Source: Ascidiella aspersa
Taxonomy: Eukaryota
Reading direction: 5' to 3'
Length of the DNA stretch: 64,000 bases
Assembly (NCBI GenBank): GCA_963924565.1
Contig: OZ004608.1
Location: 3,472,001 to 3,536,000, forward strand
Part shown: piece by piece, positions 50,651 to 63,028 of the stretch
Position numbering within the stretch: position 1 is the first letter of the stretch
How the letters are laid out: every line of letters starts with the position of its first letter
Position numbers and translations under genes: made by a program
Notes under the pieces: generated by a model
The model's input: the letters and a program-made list of their open reading frames with translations, nothing else
Databases searched by the model: none
Told to the model about the DNA's origin: nothing

Positions 50651-53230
50651 GGCACAATTTGTGGTTTATTTTCCATACTTTGTATTCACGGCATTTTCAA
50701 AGTAAAACTTTAAATGCGAATGGACTACCGTCGTAATGCAAACCTTGGACGTAAATCTTGCTCGAACATTTTAAATCGATTCGCGCGCTTCGCGGAAAGA
50801 ATATTGGCCGATGGTCGTGATGGTTTAGCCAAGTATGCAAATACAAGGGCTGCAGGACATTAGGAGATCATCAGGCCCGTTACATGATGACCACTTTGAA
50901 AATACCATTACCTGTTTTGTGCTATTTTTTAAACTTGAGACGAAGTATTTAAGAAAGATTGCCGAAAGTTTAAACTTGTCGAAAACTATTATCTATTGAC
51001 TTAATTCCATCATTTTTGCCGGTTTTCATTGATTTATCTTTGTAATCTTACATATTGAAGCATGTTCTGATAATTTGTGTTTACTGCTGCATTTTTTTTA
51101 ACACAACTTTATTTTTAAATTTGTAAACCTGGTTTTCCTTTTTAGATCTTGCTTTGTGAAACTATTTAAAGGGGCATATATCATAAAACTGGTTATAGGA
51201 AAACTTTCTTTAATGGCCTATTTAGTGGGTAAATATAGGCAGGGGTGAAAAAGTCCCTCTTACATATTAAATAATCATACTAATTGGGTCATTTGACTCC
51301 CCAGACCCATGCCAAGAAACTTAATTATCTGTTCAGTGCAGCAAATACCACCAGACATTTAAATTAGAGTCAGGGAAATGCAAGGCCTGCAATTGCATCA
51401 AATGCATCCGCCAGTTGTCCCATTAGCGGGCTGCAGTTAAGAAATCGTACGTAACTTGGCACTGGCTTTGTAAAACCCGAAAGAAAGGGCTATTCAAAAA
51501 TGTTGGGCCTTGTCTGGCTTGCTGTCCAATCTCTTGCATTAAACGTAGCTCTGCTAAAGGCTTGCCGCATATAAGCAGGGATGCCGTGTCTTCTCTATTT
51601 ATACGATTTGTTATTATATTTGAGGTGTGCATTTTACTAACCTAATTCTTATTTTCCTTATTTCTAGTTAATGTGACTTATGCCCTTATTTTTTCCGATC
51701 TTTAAATAGAGACAATTGGAATTTGTGTGATCCAAATTTCAAGGAATTGTTGGCTATTCAATTTATAGTGGCAATATTGGAATGAGAACCTATTTTTCTG
51801 GCAATGATTTTTTTTCGCAAAGTAAAAGATTTGTCGCGTGCAAAGATTTTGAGATCCTAGGAGCAAATTCCCTGACTCACTATACGCCCATTAAAAACAG
51901 TTTAACCTATTTTCGGGAGGTAAATGACTCAAAAACTATCTGGCGACACTTGTCAGAATTTAATTTCAGTGCCTACACACTCCTTCTTTGAATGACTTGT
52001 CAGATTGACATTTTAAAAAGAATTTATGACCCATATATACTGTAATCCTATTTTTTGGTTATTTTGTCGAAATTTTTCGAAAATTAGGTGTATGAACTTT
52101 CAAAGAAGTTACATCAACCAAAAATACAAGTGGGTTTTTAAACCCGAGTTTTAAAAGAGTTAAAATATATGAAAAAAAATATAATGATCGTAATTCTCAG
52201 TAAAATCATATTTAAGTTTGTTTCGTCCAGCATATTTTATAACTTTAACTAGTTTAAAATTAGTTTTGGTATTTTGCCAATTCTGTTAAAAGTTGCCTAA
52301 TTGATATAAAACACAAATGAAAGCCTGTGCAACGCCTAATTTACCCCCTAAAACACCCACCTTCTCAATAAAAACATGCGTGCGAGGGGTAAATTTTCGG
52401 TGATAAGTGCTGGGTACGTATGTATTTTGCATAACTATCGAAAACTTCCGGCCAAGGCTTAAACAAGCAAAAAAATTCCCGTTTTGATAAATCAAAGGGT
52501 AACTGTCAGGGAATGAACGATTTCCTTTGGAAGGCGACTTCTCATTTGGCTCGAAATTTACTTGGCACTGCTTTCACCCATGAGTGCCAAGATATGCTTC
52601 TTTGAATTGAAATCCCATTAAAAACTCGTCGTAGTTTGGCAGCCGATGTGCCGATGTGTAAAATAACACCGAGAGTCGTTTATCAATCTAAATTTGCATA
52701 GATTTCTCTTTTGTCAGTTCTTAGTGCGTTGGCTGCAAAATTTCTGGAATTGGTCGGCAATTAAAAAGAGCCTATAAGTGACTGACCGGTAACTAGCCTA
52801 CGTGATGATGTGATATTGACGTGTTTCTGCGCTTTATTGCTCGTTTAATCGGACGATTTCGTCGCAAAAAGACTTTTCGCGCTATTGGGATATCACTGCG
52901 AATTACCAGTGCTTCCTGGAAGTGTGATTAAATCGTTCGACTTAAAGCGCCCATGACAGCATTCCATTTTGGCAAACTTTCCCAGAATCGTCTTGTTGCA
53001 ATGTGGATTGCTGCAGCGAGACACGCCCTATTGTTTGCTGTTTTTCATACTGAGTTTTATTGCCTTTAGAAGGGTTAATTTTGACGTTTTTTAAAAGAAA
53101 TTTTACCAATGATTTTAAGGATGTCCCGTACTTAATATTTTTGTACTGGTACCTGAGGGTTTAGACAAAAGGCCATATTTGTTTGCTGAGTTTTATTGAC
53201 GTTTTATGGAAAAAATTTAACAATGATTTT

Positions 53231-53550
53231 CGGGATGTCCGATGTTGATATTATACACAAAAGAGTTTCGCGATCCTATTCTATACCAAATGACTTTATG
53301 ACCATTTCTCCGAAAAAAATTGGCTTTAGCGTTGAGGCGTTTAGTTACTGCAAGTTTTTAATTATTTCTATCCTTTGATAGATTCACTTAAAGATTAAAC
53401 CGCTGCGTTCGAGGTTGTTTCGTGGTTAAATTTTTTAGACTAATTTGGTATCAGATCAACACCTATACCACTTTAGTATCGGACGAGTACCGATATGCTG
53501 CCACTTGGCATCGGTTATCGGCTCCGATCCAACATTATCGTACATTCCCA
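53231..53550 (-). mobile_element. Ac-like hAT MITE copy
   Basis: tagtatcggacgagtaccgata...tatcggctccgatcc is the reverse complement of the family's 5' end. Confidence 0.75.
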
Positions 53551-54849
53551 AATGGTTTGATACATTATATGTCGAACTATATTTTGTCGTTTAAATAAAA
53601 ATAAGCATTGCAGAAAAGTTTGAATTAATATGACATCCTTTGCTCTTTTTTGTCATTAATTGAAAGGTCGTGAATTTTAGCTTTTCAAACTGTGGTTCTT
53701 TCCAGGGGTTTGTATTGTAAACTATATACTTTCTGGTTTTTACGCTTTTAAAGGAAAAAGAATATGCTGTTTTTATGGTTGGATCCTTGTTATGCAATGA
53801 ACTTTATAATCTACCACAGCTTTAAAGTCCTTTTTTCACAATTGTAATTGGTTTAAACTGCCTCTCACGTGTTTTAAGCTGATTTGATTATGTGGGGAAT
53901 TTTTCTGATGATTTTTTGCGTCGGAATGCAGATTGAACGTGGTTCGTAGAAGAAAAGTCTTGTGAGTTACATTTAACAAATTTCGCCAATGTGTAAATTT
54001 CCACTTATTGTTAAATAGGTTAACATATAGTGCACAATATGCTATACAAATCCAAAATTAGCTTTCTATACATTGAATAGTAAATGTACCAAAAGGTAAA
54101 ACTGCTTAACAGATTAATACAATAGTAGCATCTTATGTAAATACGAAATTCTGCGACACAAGTTCGGAATGTTGTTTTATAAAAAGCTGTAAAACCCTGT
54201 TTGTTCAAATCGCAATCCTAATGGTTCTTTTGACACAATGCCAATTTTCTAAATATCCTATACATAAAGCCAGAGTATAGCCTTGGAATTTTTTAGTTAA
54301 AATTTGGGCATTACCCAAATGGACTGCCAATGCTATTTTCGGTGCACCATTACAAACGTTTTTTTAGGGCGTCCGTTTCACATATCACACATTCTATCAT
54401 TGTTTTTGTCAGGGCGTACACCATTTATAAACCACATTAAAAGTGTTCCGGAAACTTTTCGAAAAGTCTGATTGGCAATCGATATAAAAAGGAGCATGCC
54501 GTGAGGTTGTTACGTCAGGAACATTAGGAGCTTACGCATGAATACAAGTTACTTCAAACCTGAGTAACCCAGCGTTTTCCGAGAATCAAGTGCAATTAGC
54601 CGATTTTGAGGCCAAGACGTGTGACTGTGTTTATAAATACATATTCCTGTCGGAACAAGTTATTGCTCGTTGCCGTTTCGCTTTGGTAATTTTCCGGTTT
54701 GTCCAATCATAAGGGGATTAAATTGGAAGGAATAATGTAAGGGTTTACCAAGTTTCTATTTAAATTGGAGGAAGTGCTATGCGCGGCTTAAAATACACTC
54801 GATTGGAAACGATTTTTTATCCATTTCACCATATGCTAGTCGTTGTAAT

Positions 54850-55180
54850 TAGAGATGTTCGATATTATTGGACCGGGACGATGCCAAGTGGCAGTATCGG
54901 TACTCGTCCGATACTCAGGTGGTATCGGTCCCGGTCCGTTACCAAATTAATATAAGTATTTCAGCAATGATTTTACTTAGAAAGGCAAACTTATCAAAAG
55001 TTATAACCAAAGTTAACTAAACTTTCTAATTTCAAAAGGATATTTTGAATCCAAAACCTGAAAAACACACTCTTGAATTTTTTAGTTTCATCTATTTTGC
55101 TTGTTTAATCATTGTGCTGAAGTCATTGATAATATATAATCGGATCGATTCTTGTCCGAAATATCGGAAAATTATATCAG
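54850..55180 (+). mobile_element. Ac-like hAT MITE copy
   Basis: tagagatgttcgata...gtatcggtactcgtccgatact. Confidence 0.75.
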
Positions 55181-55714
55181 AAAAAAGGTCAAGTAACGGA
55201 CTTATCTATATGTGTTATATAACCGGGAATATTCAACAGAATCATTAACTTGCCAAGTTAAACCGGTAGCAAATCCTGATGCATGCTTTACTTGGGAGTA
55301 ATAAAAGGTTCCAAAGATGCATTTAGTGACACTTTGCAAATGAACGCACCATGATTAACTCCGCAAACGTCTAGTTTGAGCCTGACTCGGCTATGAATAG
55401 ACTTTTATTTGACTTCCAGTCCCCGGCGAAGGCCTAATTACAAGTTTTGCCGCCGGATATATGGCTGCCTCTTTAGACCTTAAAAAAAAAAATGGCACAA
55501 TTTCACGCTGTCGGCCTTAATTGACGTGATTTGGCGCGATCAGAAATTCCTGTATAGTATACCCTGCCCTACCCGACGCTACGAATGTCAAGTGTTTAGT
55601 CGCCTTTTATATTGAAAACTATGAAGTTCGGGCCTTTTTCGAGTGGTTTGAACAGATTGCTTCCGAACTGAGCCTCTAATTACTGGTGATTATCCAAAAA
55701 CTTCGTAAAGAATT

Positions 55715-56140
55715 TCATTTTATCCCTGGATAGGAGCGCAGATTAAGAGTTCGACAACTGGCTAATAACAGCCATGGACCTAACCTGCTTTGCTGCAAGC
55801 TGTGGAGAAACTATAGGTTGTGTGGGTTTAATGAAATTGCGGCCGGTTGGAATTGTATTTCACCCTGGACTATCGGGTCATGAACTGAATATCAAACTCT
55901 TCAAACTTTCTTTTGTGCAAGGTCAATGAGAATTCGGTGGAGAGAGTATATTGAAAATTAGAATTTTAGTTCAACCCTGGATTACTGGATCATGAACTGA
56001 GTATTAGCCTAAAATCCTTGAACTTGAACGTTCTTGTTTTCGAGCTTTGAACAAATTTGGTGGAGAGGGTGTTATAAAAGGTGGTCGTTTAGAATTATAT
56101 GTTATCCCTGAAGTTTTGGGTCGAAATCAGAGCATTAAAA
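55715..56140 (+). repeat. Three to four diverged tandem units of about 120-140 bp
   Basis: ccctgga.ta..gg.tcatgaactga.tat and gtggaga...tat motifs recur. Confidence 0.65.
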
Positions 56141-56942
56141 CCAAGAACGTAATAAAGCGTTCTTACATCGCGGTCCATTAAACCCTTGCACGTGAAAAGA
56201 AACTTTCAAAAAGAAAAAGAGGTAATTTAAAAAACATATATAGACTCGACTTCAGTTGCACATTTGCGCAGAAGTATTAACGTCTATTTGTTTAAAATTG
56301 TAAGGGTCCCTGTTTAAAAATGTTGAATAACCCCTTGTTTAAGCCCTCCAATAGACGCCTGCTAATAGTTGCACGTAATTGTGCGACCAGCCTTTACAAA
56401 TGCTCACCCTTGCGCTTTAATCGCCGCCCTTGGTGCGTCAAAGTGCCATTCTACCAGGAACCGCGATCCACCATACCACAATTATCCCAGCTCATTAATA
56501 GAGTTATGCGTCTCACGTGTCTTACCTTTTAGGAATTAGTTATGTGGTACGTTGCTGGTAAGGTGTTATTATTAAGCCTCGGTAATGGAGAGTTCTTTGG
56601 ATTTTTAGGCCGCATTTGGTTCTTATCATTGTTTCCAAAAATCTTTCGCTTGATAAAATTAACACACTTTGATTTAAATTAACTCCAAAAACGTGTACAG
56701 AACAGTTCAAATAAATGATCAAAAATGTCGTGCTGTTTGACATATTTTTAGGCATCCGAGTTGTACCGCATTTAAATTAGCCAAAAAGGATAAATTTCAC
56801 AACTTTGCACTTTATCGACATTGCTCATCAACCGATTTACGCACAAAAAATGATCCGTCTATGGAATACAGAACACAGCTTGGAAATTAAATTTCTTGTT
56901 CTATAAAAAAATTGTGTGAAACCCAAACTGAAGACAGTAGAT

Positions 56943-57179
56943 CAGTGACACGAGTGTGCCTCGAGAGATTGCCAAGTGTGCCGCGAAACTTTTTGTAATT
57001 TCGGAAAATAAATTATTTGTATTACTACACATTAATTCATATTGCGGCATTTAAATTTAGTTTGTCGTGTGTTAAGGGCGATAGTAAAATGACTCCATTG
57101 TTATTCTGTTAAAAGTGTGCCGCAAAATATTCAAGATATATTTAGTGTGCCGCGAGCCAAAAAAGTTTGGGAACCACTG
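56943..57179. mobile_element. hAT Buster-type MITE with perfect TSD
   Basis: cagtg...tttgggaaccactg with TSD cagtagat on both sides and gtgtgccgcg subterminal repeats. Confidence 0.9.
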
Positions 57180-59081
57180 CAGTAGATAGTAGACGATAGG
57201 ACACAGCTTTGCTTCAACATTTAAGAAAATGTGGACAACGTTTATTAAAGTATCTATATAAAACATAACGTGGTTGAAAAATGTTCCAACCTTTATACTA
57301 TATCACCAACCCTTACAATTTACAATGTGTAGCCTTATCGATTCCAGAGTTGCTACTAAGCATACATACGTCGGACTCTGCTTTTGAGTAGTTTCACTGT
57401 AAGACTCCGAATTTCAACCAAATTAAAAGACTCCGTCGAATAACGCGACCCCACAACTCTGGTTTTCGCAAACGTTTAACTTTTACAACTCAATTAAATT
57501 AAGTTTTGACTCTCTTTTGCATTTTAGTTGTTTCTTTTATGGATATCTCCGCAACAGTTTCCTTAATTTTCGCAATATGCACATAATATTTGCCAATATT
57601 GTTGTTCTTGTAAATGCAAGCAATCCAGTCATGTCATTTGTGGCTATATTTAAATGACCTTGTGTACGGCGGCGAGACGAACATTGATTTAATTAAAATC
57701 GTTTGGTTCTTTGACAAAAATAATTTTTAATATAAGATCTTGTGCTGATGATGCTTCAGTTGATACTGCAATGAAGTTGTTATGGCTAAGAAACAAAAAA
57801 ATATCTTTATTTTGCTATAGGTTATGTGTTATACTCTTAAACCTAAACCTAATATATATACAACAAAATATTTGAGAGGATATTATTATTAACATTGGAA
57901 TTGCTTTGTCGTAAAATTAAGGCATAGTTAATTAATCGCGTGTAAGCTAAAACGCTCAGTGTATCTTAAAAAACTTGTATTTATTCGGAAAGTCGTTGAT
58001 TTCTCCTAATTTAGCTCACATGGAACATCCAAATAAACTGATTTTCGGTTTACTAAGTTATGTATCCTACTTAGTTGAATCTTTATCATTGATGTGCGAC
58101 AAGAATCGTTTGTTTTTCACCATTCGGATTTAGGCAGATTCTGTTATTCGAAAATCATTTCCAGTTAACGTGTGACTGAATTATAATAATAAAATCTAAC
58201 TTGTAAAAGATAGGACGCTACTGTAATCTTTTTGAGTTTCTTTAGTCAGAACATTAAAGGAATGCCGAAGCAAAAAAAAGTCGATTGCATCTTTAAAGCC
58301 AGTGCTTAATGTTCTTACAAAATACCGCTTGACACACGTTAAAAAAGGCGCGATGCGAATATGAAAAAGGCACCGAAAAACGCCAAAAAAACTCTCAAAA
58401 AAAACGGCGAAAGCTGTCGACTGGTGACCTTTAACGCCTCTTTATCGCCGCATCTTGTACAACTTCCCTGTCGCACCTACAAAGTCGCCCCCGGCCCTAT
58501 AGCGGGTCGCACCACCGGTCCTCTACGCGTTTGCGGTTCCGGCAAGATTATACCTTGTCTAAGTCGCGGGACTAGCTCAGCTGTAGCAGTCTCAAAACGA
58601 CCGCCATTGCGTTATTTTTGTGGCTTCACGGCCACTTTAAAAAGAGAGGTGACCTTTCTTTGCAACTCTGCGAAGAGACGATCTAATAAGTCGTGTAATA
58701 CGCATCTTCTATGGCCTTCAAACAAACGCTATCTGAATAAAACTCGTCTAAGTTCAAATCGACACAAAACACCTTATCAACTTGGCATATGGCCGCTGGT
58801 AAAGATCCTAGAAGTGTCCCTAACAGTGAATGATTCCCCTTAAAGGATAATTTGACGAGGAAGATGATATATTAACTTTATATTCTTGAAAATAGTCCAG
58901 TTTTCTAGCCGTTTGATATGTTTATTTGGCATTTAAATGCAAATTTATGCATATGTCGTAGTATCACCACAGTTCATTTGTGATCATGACTCTAAACTTC
59001 CAAACATATAGGTTAATCGAAATTGTTCAAATTTATCGAGTGTAACGTAAAAGTAAAACGTTCAAGGACCACTGTTTATCG

Positions 59082-59296
59082 CAGTGTTTCTCAACCCATG
59101 GGTTTTCACTTAAAATTGGGTCGCCATTTGATTTGGTTTGGGCGCAGAATGTAGTAGTTTTACATGGTTATACTTACTAAGATTGGTTTTGAGCAGGATT
59201 GCTCCATTACTTAAGAAAGTTGCAGAAACAATCCAAAGACATGGATTATAACTCGCCTAATATTTGGGTCACCGCGAAAATTGTTGAGAAACACTG
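59082..59296 (-). mobile_element. hAT Buster-type MITE
   Basis: TIR cagtgtttctcaac...gttgagaaacactg with an eroded TSD gtttatcg/gtttacat. Confidence 0.85.
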
Positions 59297-59562
59297 GTTT
59301 ACATTTCACATCCCACGCCAGCCAAGGGTTTTGTATACGGGAATCAAATATTACGTCATTCCCTTGAAATTCCAGTCTGAAGATTTATCTGATGTCGAGC
59401 TCACGACCTGAAACCGCCGATTTACCGAATAAGGATCGCGCGAATTTATTCTAAAGTAAAAAGCTAGTCGAGTAAACCAATTCAAACAGCGACCCACTTT
59501 TAAGTCGCGACCTATTGCGAAACACTCCACTAAACTATGAACACTTGCAATATGTGTTAGAT

Positions 59563-60153
59563 CAGGGGCTTTTCCATTTTTGTGCGGCCCTAAGGGCCCT
59601 TCACCTTCTTCCAGCTATTTTTCCCTAAATAAGGCTATGAGTGTGCACCATGTTGAGACTTTTGCTCTATCAGTTTCCTGTTTGAAGAGCGATGTAACCC
59701 ATAGGCTACACCGCTACACCAATACAGTTGAACTAGAATGGGAAGCATCTATGACAAAACAATCGTCATTTATAAAGTTTAACTTGTGTCGTGTTGCTAA
59801 GATAAAGAATTGTTTTGCAACAATTACACTTGTCTAGTACAATCAAGCTGTAACAGACTTTTGCCACGCAAATTGACTGAGAAGTTATGTTTGACAGCTG
59901 GTTTTGAATTAAGACTGTTAATTAAATTGCAGTCCATTGGTACGAGAAAGGCGTCATTGAAATTGTAGGAAAAGTTATTTCCGAATCCACAAGTAGACAG
60001 CACTGACAAAACTGCCGTAGTTGCAGCCTAGTAGGTCATTAGTTCTTCTAGTAAAAGCTGAAAATATGAATTAGTGTTTATTTGATGTGCGGCCCTCCTG
60101 TAAGCATTCCATTTCCTTACTAGCCCTTGTGTTAAAAAAGCTGCCCACCCCTG
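59563..60153. mobile_element. hAT Buster/Charlie non-autonomous element with perfect TSD
   Basis: cagggg...cccctg termini, tgcggccct subterminal motifs and TSD tgttagat on both sides. Confidence 0.88.
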
Positions 60154-60472
60154 TGTTAGATTGTGTTTTCCACTTGCTTCATGCAAGAGATATCTCCTAC
60201 CGTCTTCCAACAACAAACACTTGCGATTATCTCCGAATCTAAGAATCGCTACGTTGCATTAAATATGTTTACTCTTAAACAAACTCGCAATGCATCCGAA
60301 GTTAGCCTTAACTTACATGACCATAATCTTTAATGACGTTCTCAAGCTCTCGTGTAGGTGTTTAAAATGATTTATTCTTTCTTGAGATAACTATTTGTGC
60401 ATTGTTTGGAACATTCGGAAAGGTTTGGATTTTGCAAATTTGTGGAATATATTTTGTGTTGTTTCATTAGTG

Positions 60473-60813
60473 CAGTGTTTCTTAACCTTTTAAGCGTTCG
60501 TACCCTTTGAGCTTCCATGAAAAATTGTCTCGTACCCCTGCCTACAATGGTCGACAAATGTAAATAAATTGTCATAATAGGAATTAAACTCAGTGTATTT
60601 ATAACTTCCGTGTTGAATGCATGCATTAAAAACAGTGTTGCAAGTTCAACAATACCTACAACACACAAACAATTAGTCAGTTTACTAATGGTTTTTGTTG
60701 TTGTTGCTATTCGTAAATTCTCATTCTTCAAATATGCCTAAATAGCGCATAAGTTCGCACTGCATGTCGAACCCCCTACTTTGGTGCTTCGTACCCTTGG
60801 TTAAGAACCCCTA
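60473..60813. mobile_element. hAT Buster-type MITE with perfect TSD
   Basis: cagtgtttcttaacc...ggttaagaaccccta with TSD cattagtg on both sides and cgtaccc subterminal repeats. Confidence 0.9.
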
Positions 60814-62079
60814 CATTAGTGGATAAGACTTTGTTTTCTTGCGCATTTCTTACGGTAAACGATTGAGCTGCGACCAAAGTAAAATGGATTTACCAAGAAT
60901 ACAAATTTGTAACAAATTTGTTAAAGTCGGAAAATGGAGATGCAATGGTAGACAGGTCTAGTAAAAAACGAAGCAGTCCACTTACGCGTAAGCCAGTGTA
61001 GGGAGCCTGGCAATAAATAACGCAAACTTCCTAGTAATAAGTGTTGGTATACTCTTTAAACACCACAAGTGCAAAACGATTTGCATCGCGCGAATCAGTT
61101 TTCTGTTTTCACAAATACAGTTCATTTAACATAAAAAGATCGACACCATGCTCGTCATGTTTTCCAATCTAATGACGTCATCTTATGACGTTAATGTCGT
61201 TATATCTAGATATTTTGCAGTATTTGTAGAACCCTGCATTTTATGTGGTTGGCAATGCCCTCTTATGCGTACTTGTCAATGCCAGAACGCATTAATTCGT
61301 TTTTGCTGTCAAGCACTTTAATGATAGACAACTAATTGTCACTAGAAGCTTACCAATTAAACAAAAAATTTAAATGAATAAGAATCGTAAATATCTCTCG
61401 GCACCTTTGAAAACGGAATTTGGGGTGAAACGGCACCCCGGTTGAGAACGTAATATAACATCAACGCTTCTGTGGTACTCTAATGTTTATGTTGTGGGGT
61501 TGGGGATTTCCTTCAGATATCCAGATTGGCCTTGGTGGCAAAACTTGTGGTGGAGCATGAAGGTGGTAAACTTCTTGATTTGTTTGTTGCAGTCAACCTA
61601 GTTAGGCAATAAACAAACTCGATAAGGCGAAATGCAAGATGCTAGGGAGCAATTCGGGTTTGCAACCTTGGCAGACAAGCTAACGCCTTAACCTAAAACC
61701 TAAACACTGAAGGCAGTTAATGCATTCGCTGTAGGTTTGCAAAGCAATACAGTTTACCTGATAATATCGTTATGAATCAACAACAGTTGATTTTTTTTCA
61801 GACATTGCCACATTTTAAACAAATCACCGTTTTAAGCACTCAATTTTAGATTACATTCTAAAGCAATAGTTTCAAACCTTTGCGCTTGCAAACATTTGTA
61901 TATTTCCACCAGCACTTGTGACACTTGTGAAAGTAGCATTTTTAGAAGTGTCACATTAAACAAAATTGAAACATCATGCAAAACGGATTTTTTTTACACC
62001 GTTGGCCAATTGGCAACCATTTAAAAAACCTTAAACAGCTGCTTTTCGTATGTGTAGGTGATTTTTTTAACCTACAAAG

Positions 62080-62610
62080 CAGTGTTGTAATGACTTAAGT
62101 CACTGACTTGACTTAAGTCACTGTTTTAAAATGAATTGACTTGACTTAAGTCTTTTGACCAGAATGACTTGACTTGGACATAAGTCATTCTGTCAAACAT
62201 CTTGGGATTAAGTTAAGTGTTTTTTATTAAAAATGTATCCCAAGTTTTGCACACTAAACAATTTATTGCTGCATATTTCCTTTGTGTAAATTTTTAGTTG
62301 AACTGTTGCTTATTATCGGACGAGTTTACCGATTTTAATGGTTTAACAGTTTATTTTTATGACAATAACTTGACTTGAAATTGACTTGCTCTCATAATGA
62401 CTTCACTGGGACTTGACTTGGGCAACCTTAAATTATTTTTCAAATGACTTGACTTGGGCAACAGATGACTGGGACTTGACTTGTTATTTTCGCAAAAGAC
62501 TTGACTTGGACTTAAGTTATTTTTCAAATGACTTGACTTGGACTTAAGTTATTTTTCAAATGACTTGACTGGGACTTAAATCACTTTAAAATGACTTGTT
62601 TACAACACTG
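62080..62610 (+). mobile_element. Full-length GACTT-array hAT-type MITE with perfect TSD
   Basis: TIR cagtgttgtaa...ttacaacactg, 8-bp TSD ctacaaag on both sides, and internal tandem tgacttgacttggacttaagttatttttcaaa units. Confidence 0.93.
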
Positions 62611-62895
62611 CTACAAAGTAAGCTGAATCTTTAAACCAGCCTTAAAATGTACTGACGATTGTCATCTTTCCACGGTTGCATTTATGTATAAGGCCTTTTG
62701 TGAGGCATCGGCAAGACCTGCAGGTTAACCTTTTCGCGATAAGAACTTGATTTTATCTCAACTCCAGATACCACGCTGCCTTAAGCGTGGGACGGCGTGA
62801 CGTTGTTATAAGTTGGACTATAATGCGTCTGGCGGCAAGCTGTCTTTGTCGCAGCCCAAAATTCTCCTTTAATAAGAGCTATTGGAGGCCCACTA

Positions 62896-63028
62896 TACGT
62901 GAAAACGAATGAAAGTTGAGTTATAAAACACTTAATCGTATACATGAAACGAATGAAAGTTGAGTTATAAAACACTTAATCGTATACATGAAACGAATGA
63001 AAGTTGAGTTATAAAACACTTAATCGTA
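62896..63028 (+). repeat. Three-copy 44-bp tandem repeat
   Basis: tacatgaaacgaatgaaagttgagttataaaacacttaatcgta x3. Copies 2 and 3 are identical and there are no spacers. Confidence 0.95.

Noticed and set aside
58361-58843. 160-aa ATG ORF
   Set aside because: No recognisable homology. Openness is explained by a local GC/CpG-rich islet that is more likely regulatory.
62896-63028. CRISPR-like appearance of the 44-bp repeats
   Set aside because: Head-to-tail with no spacers, eukaryotic context and no cas genes.
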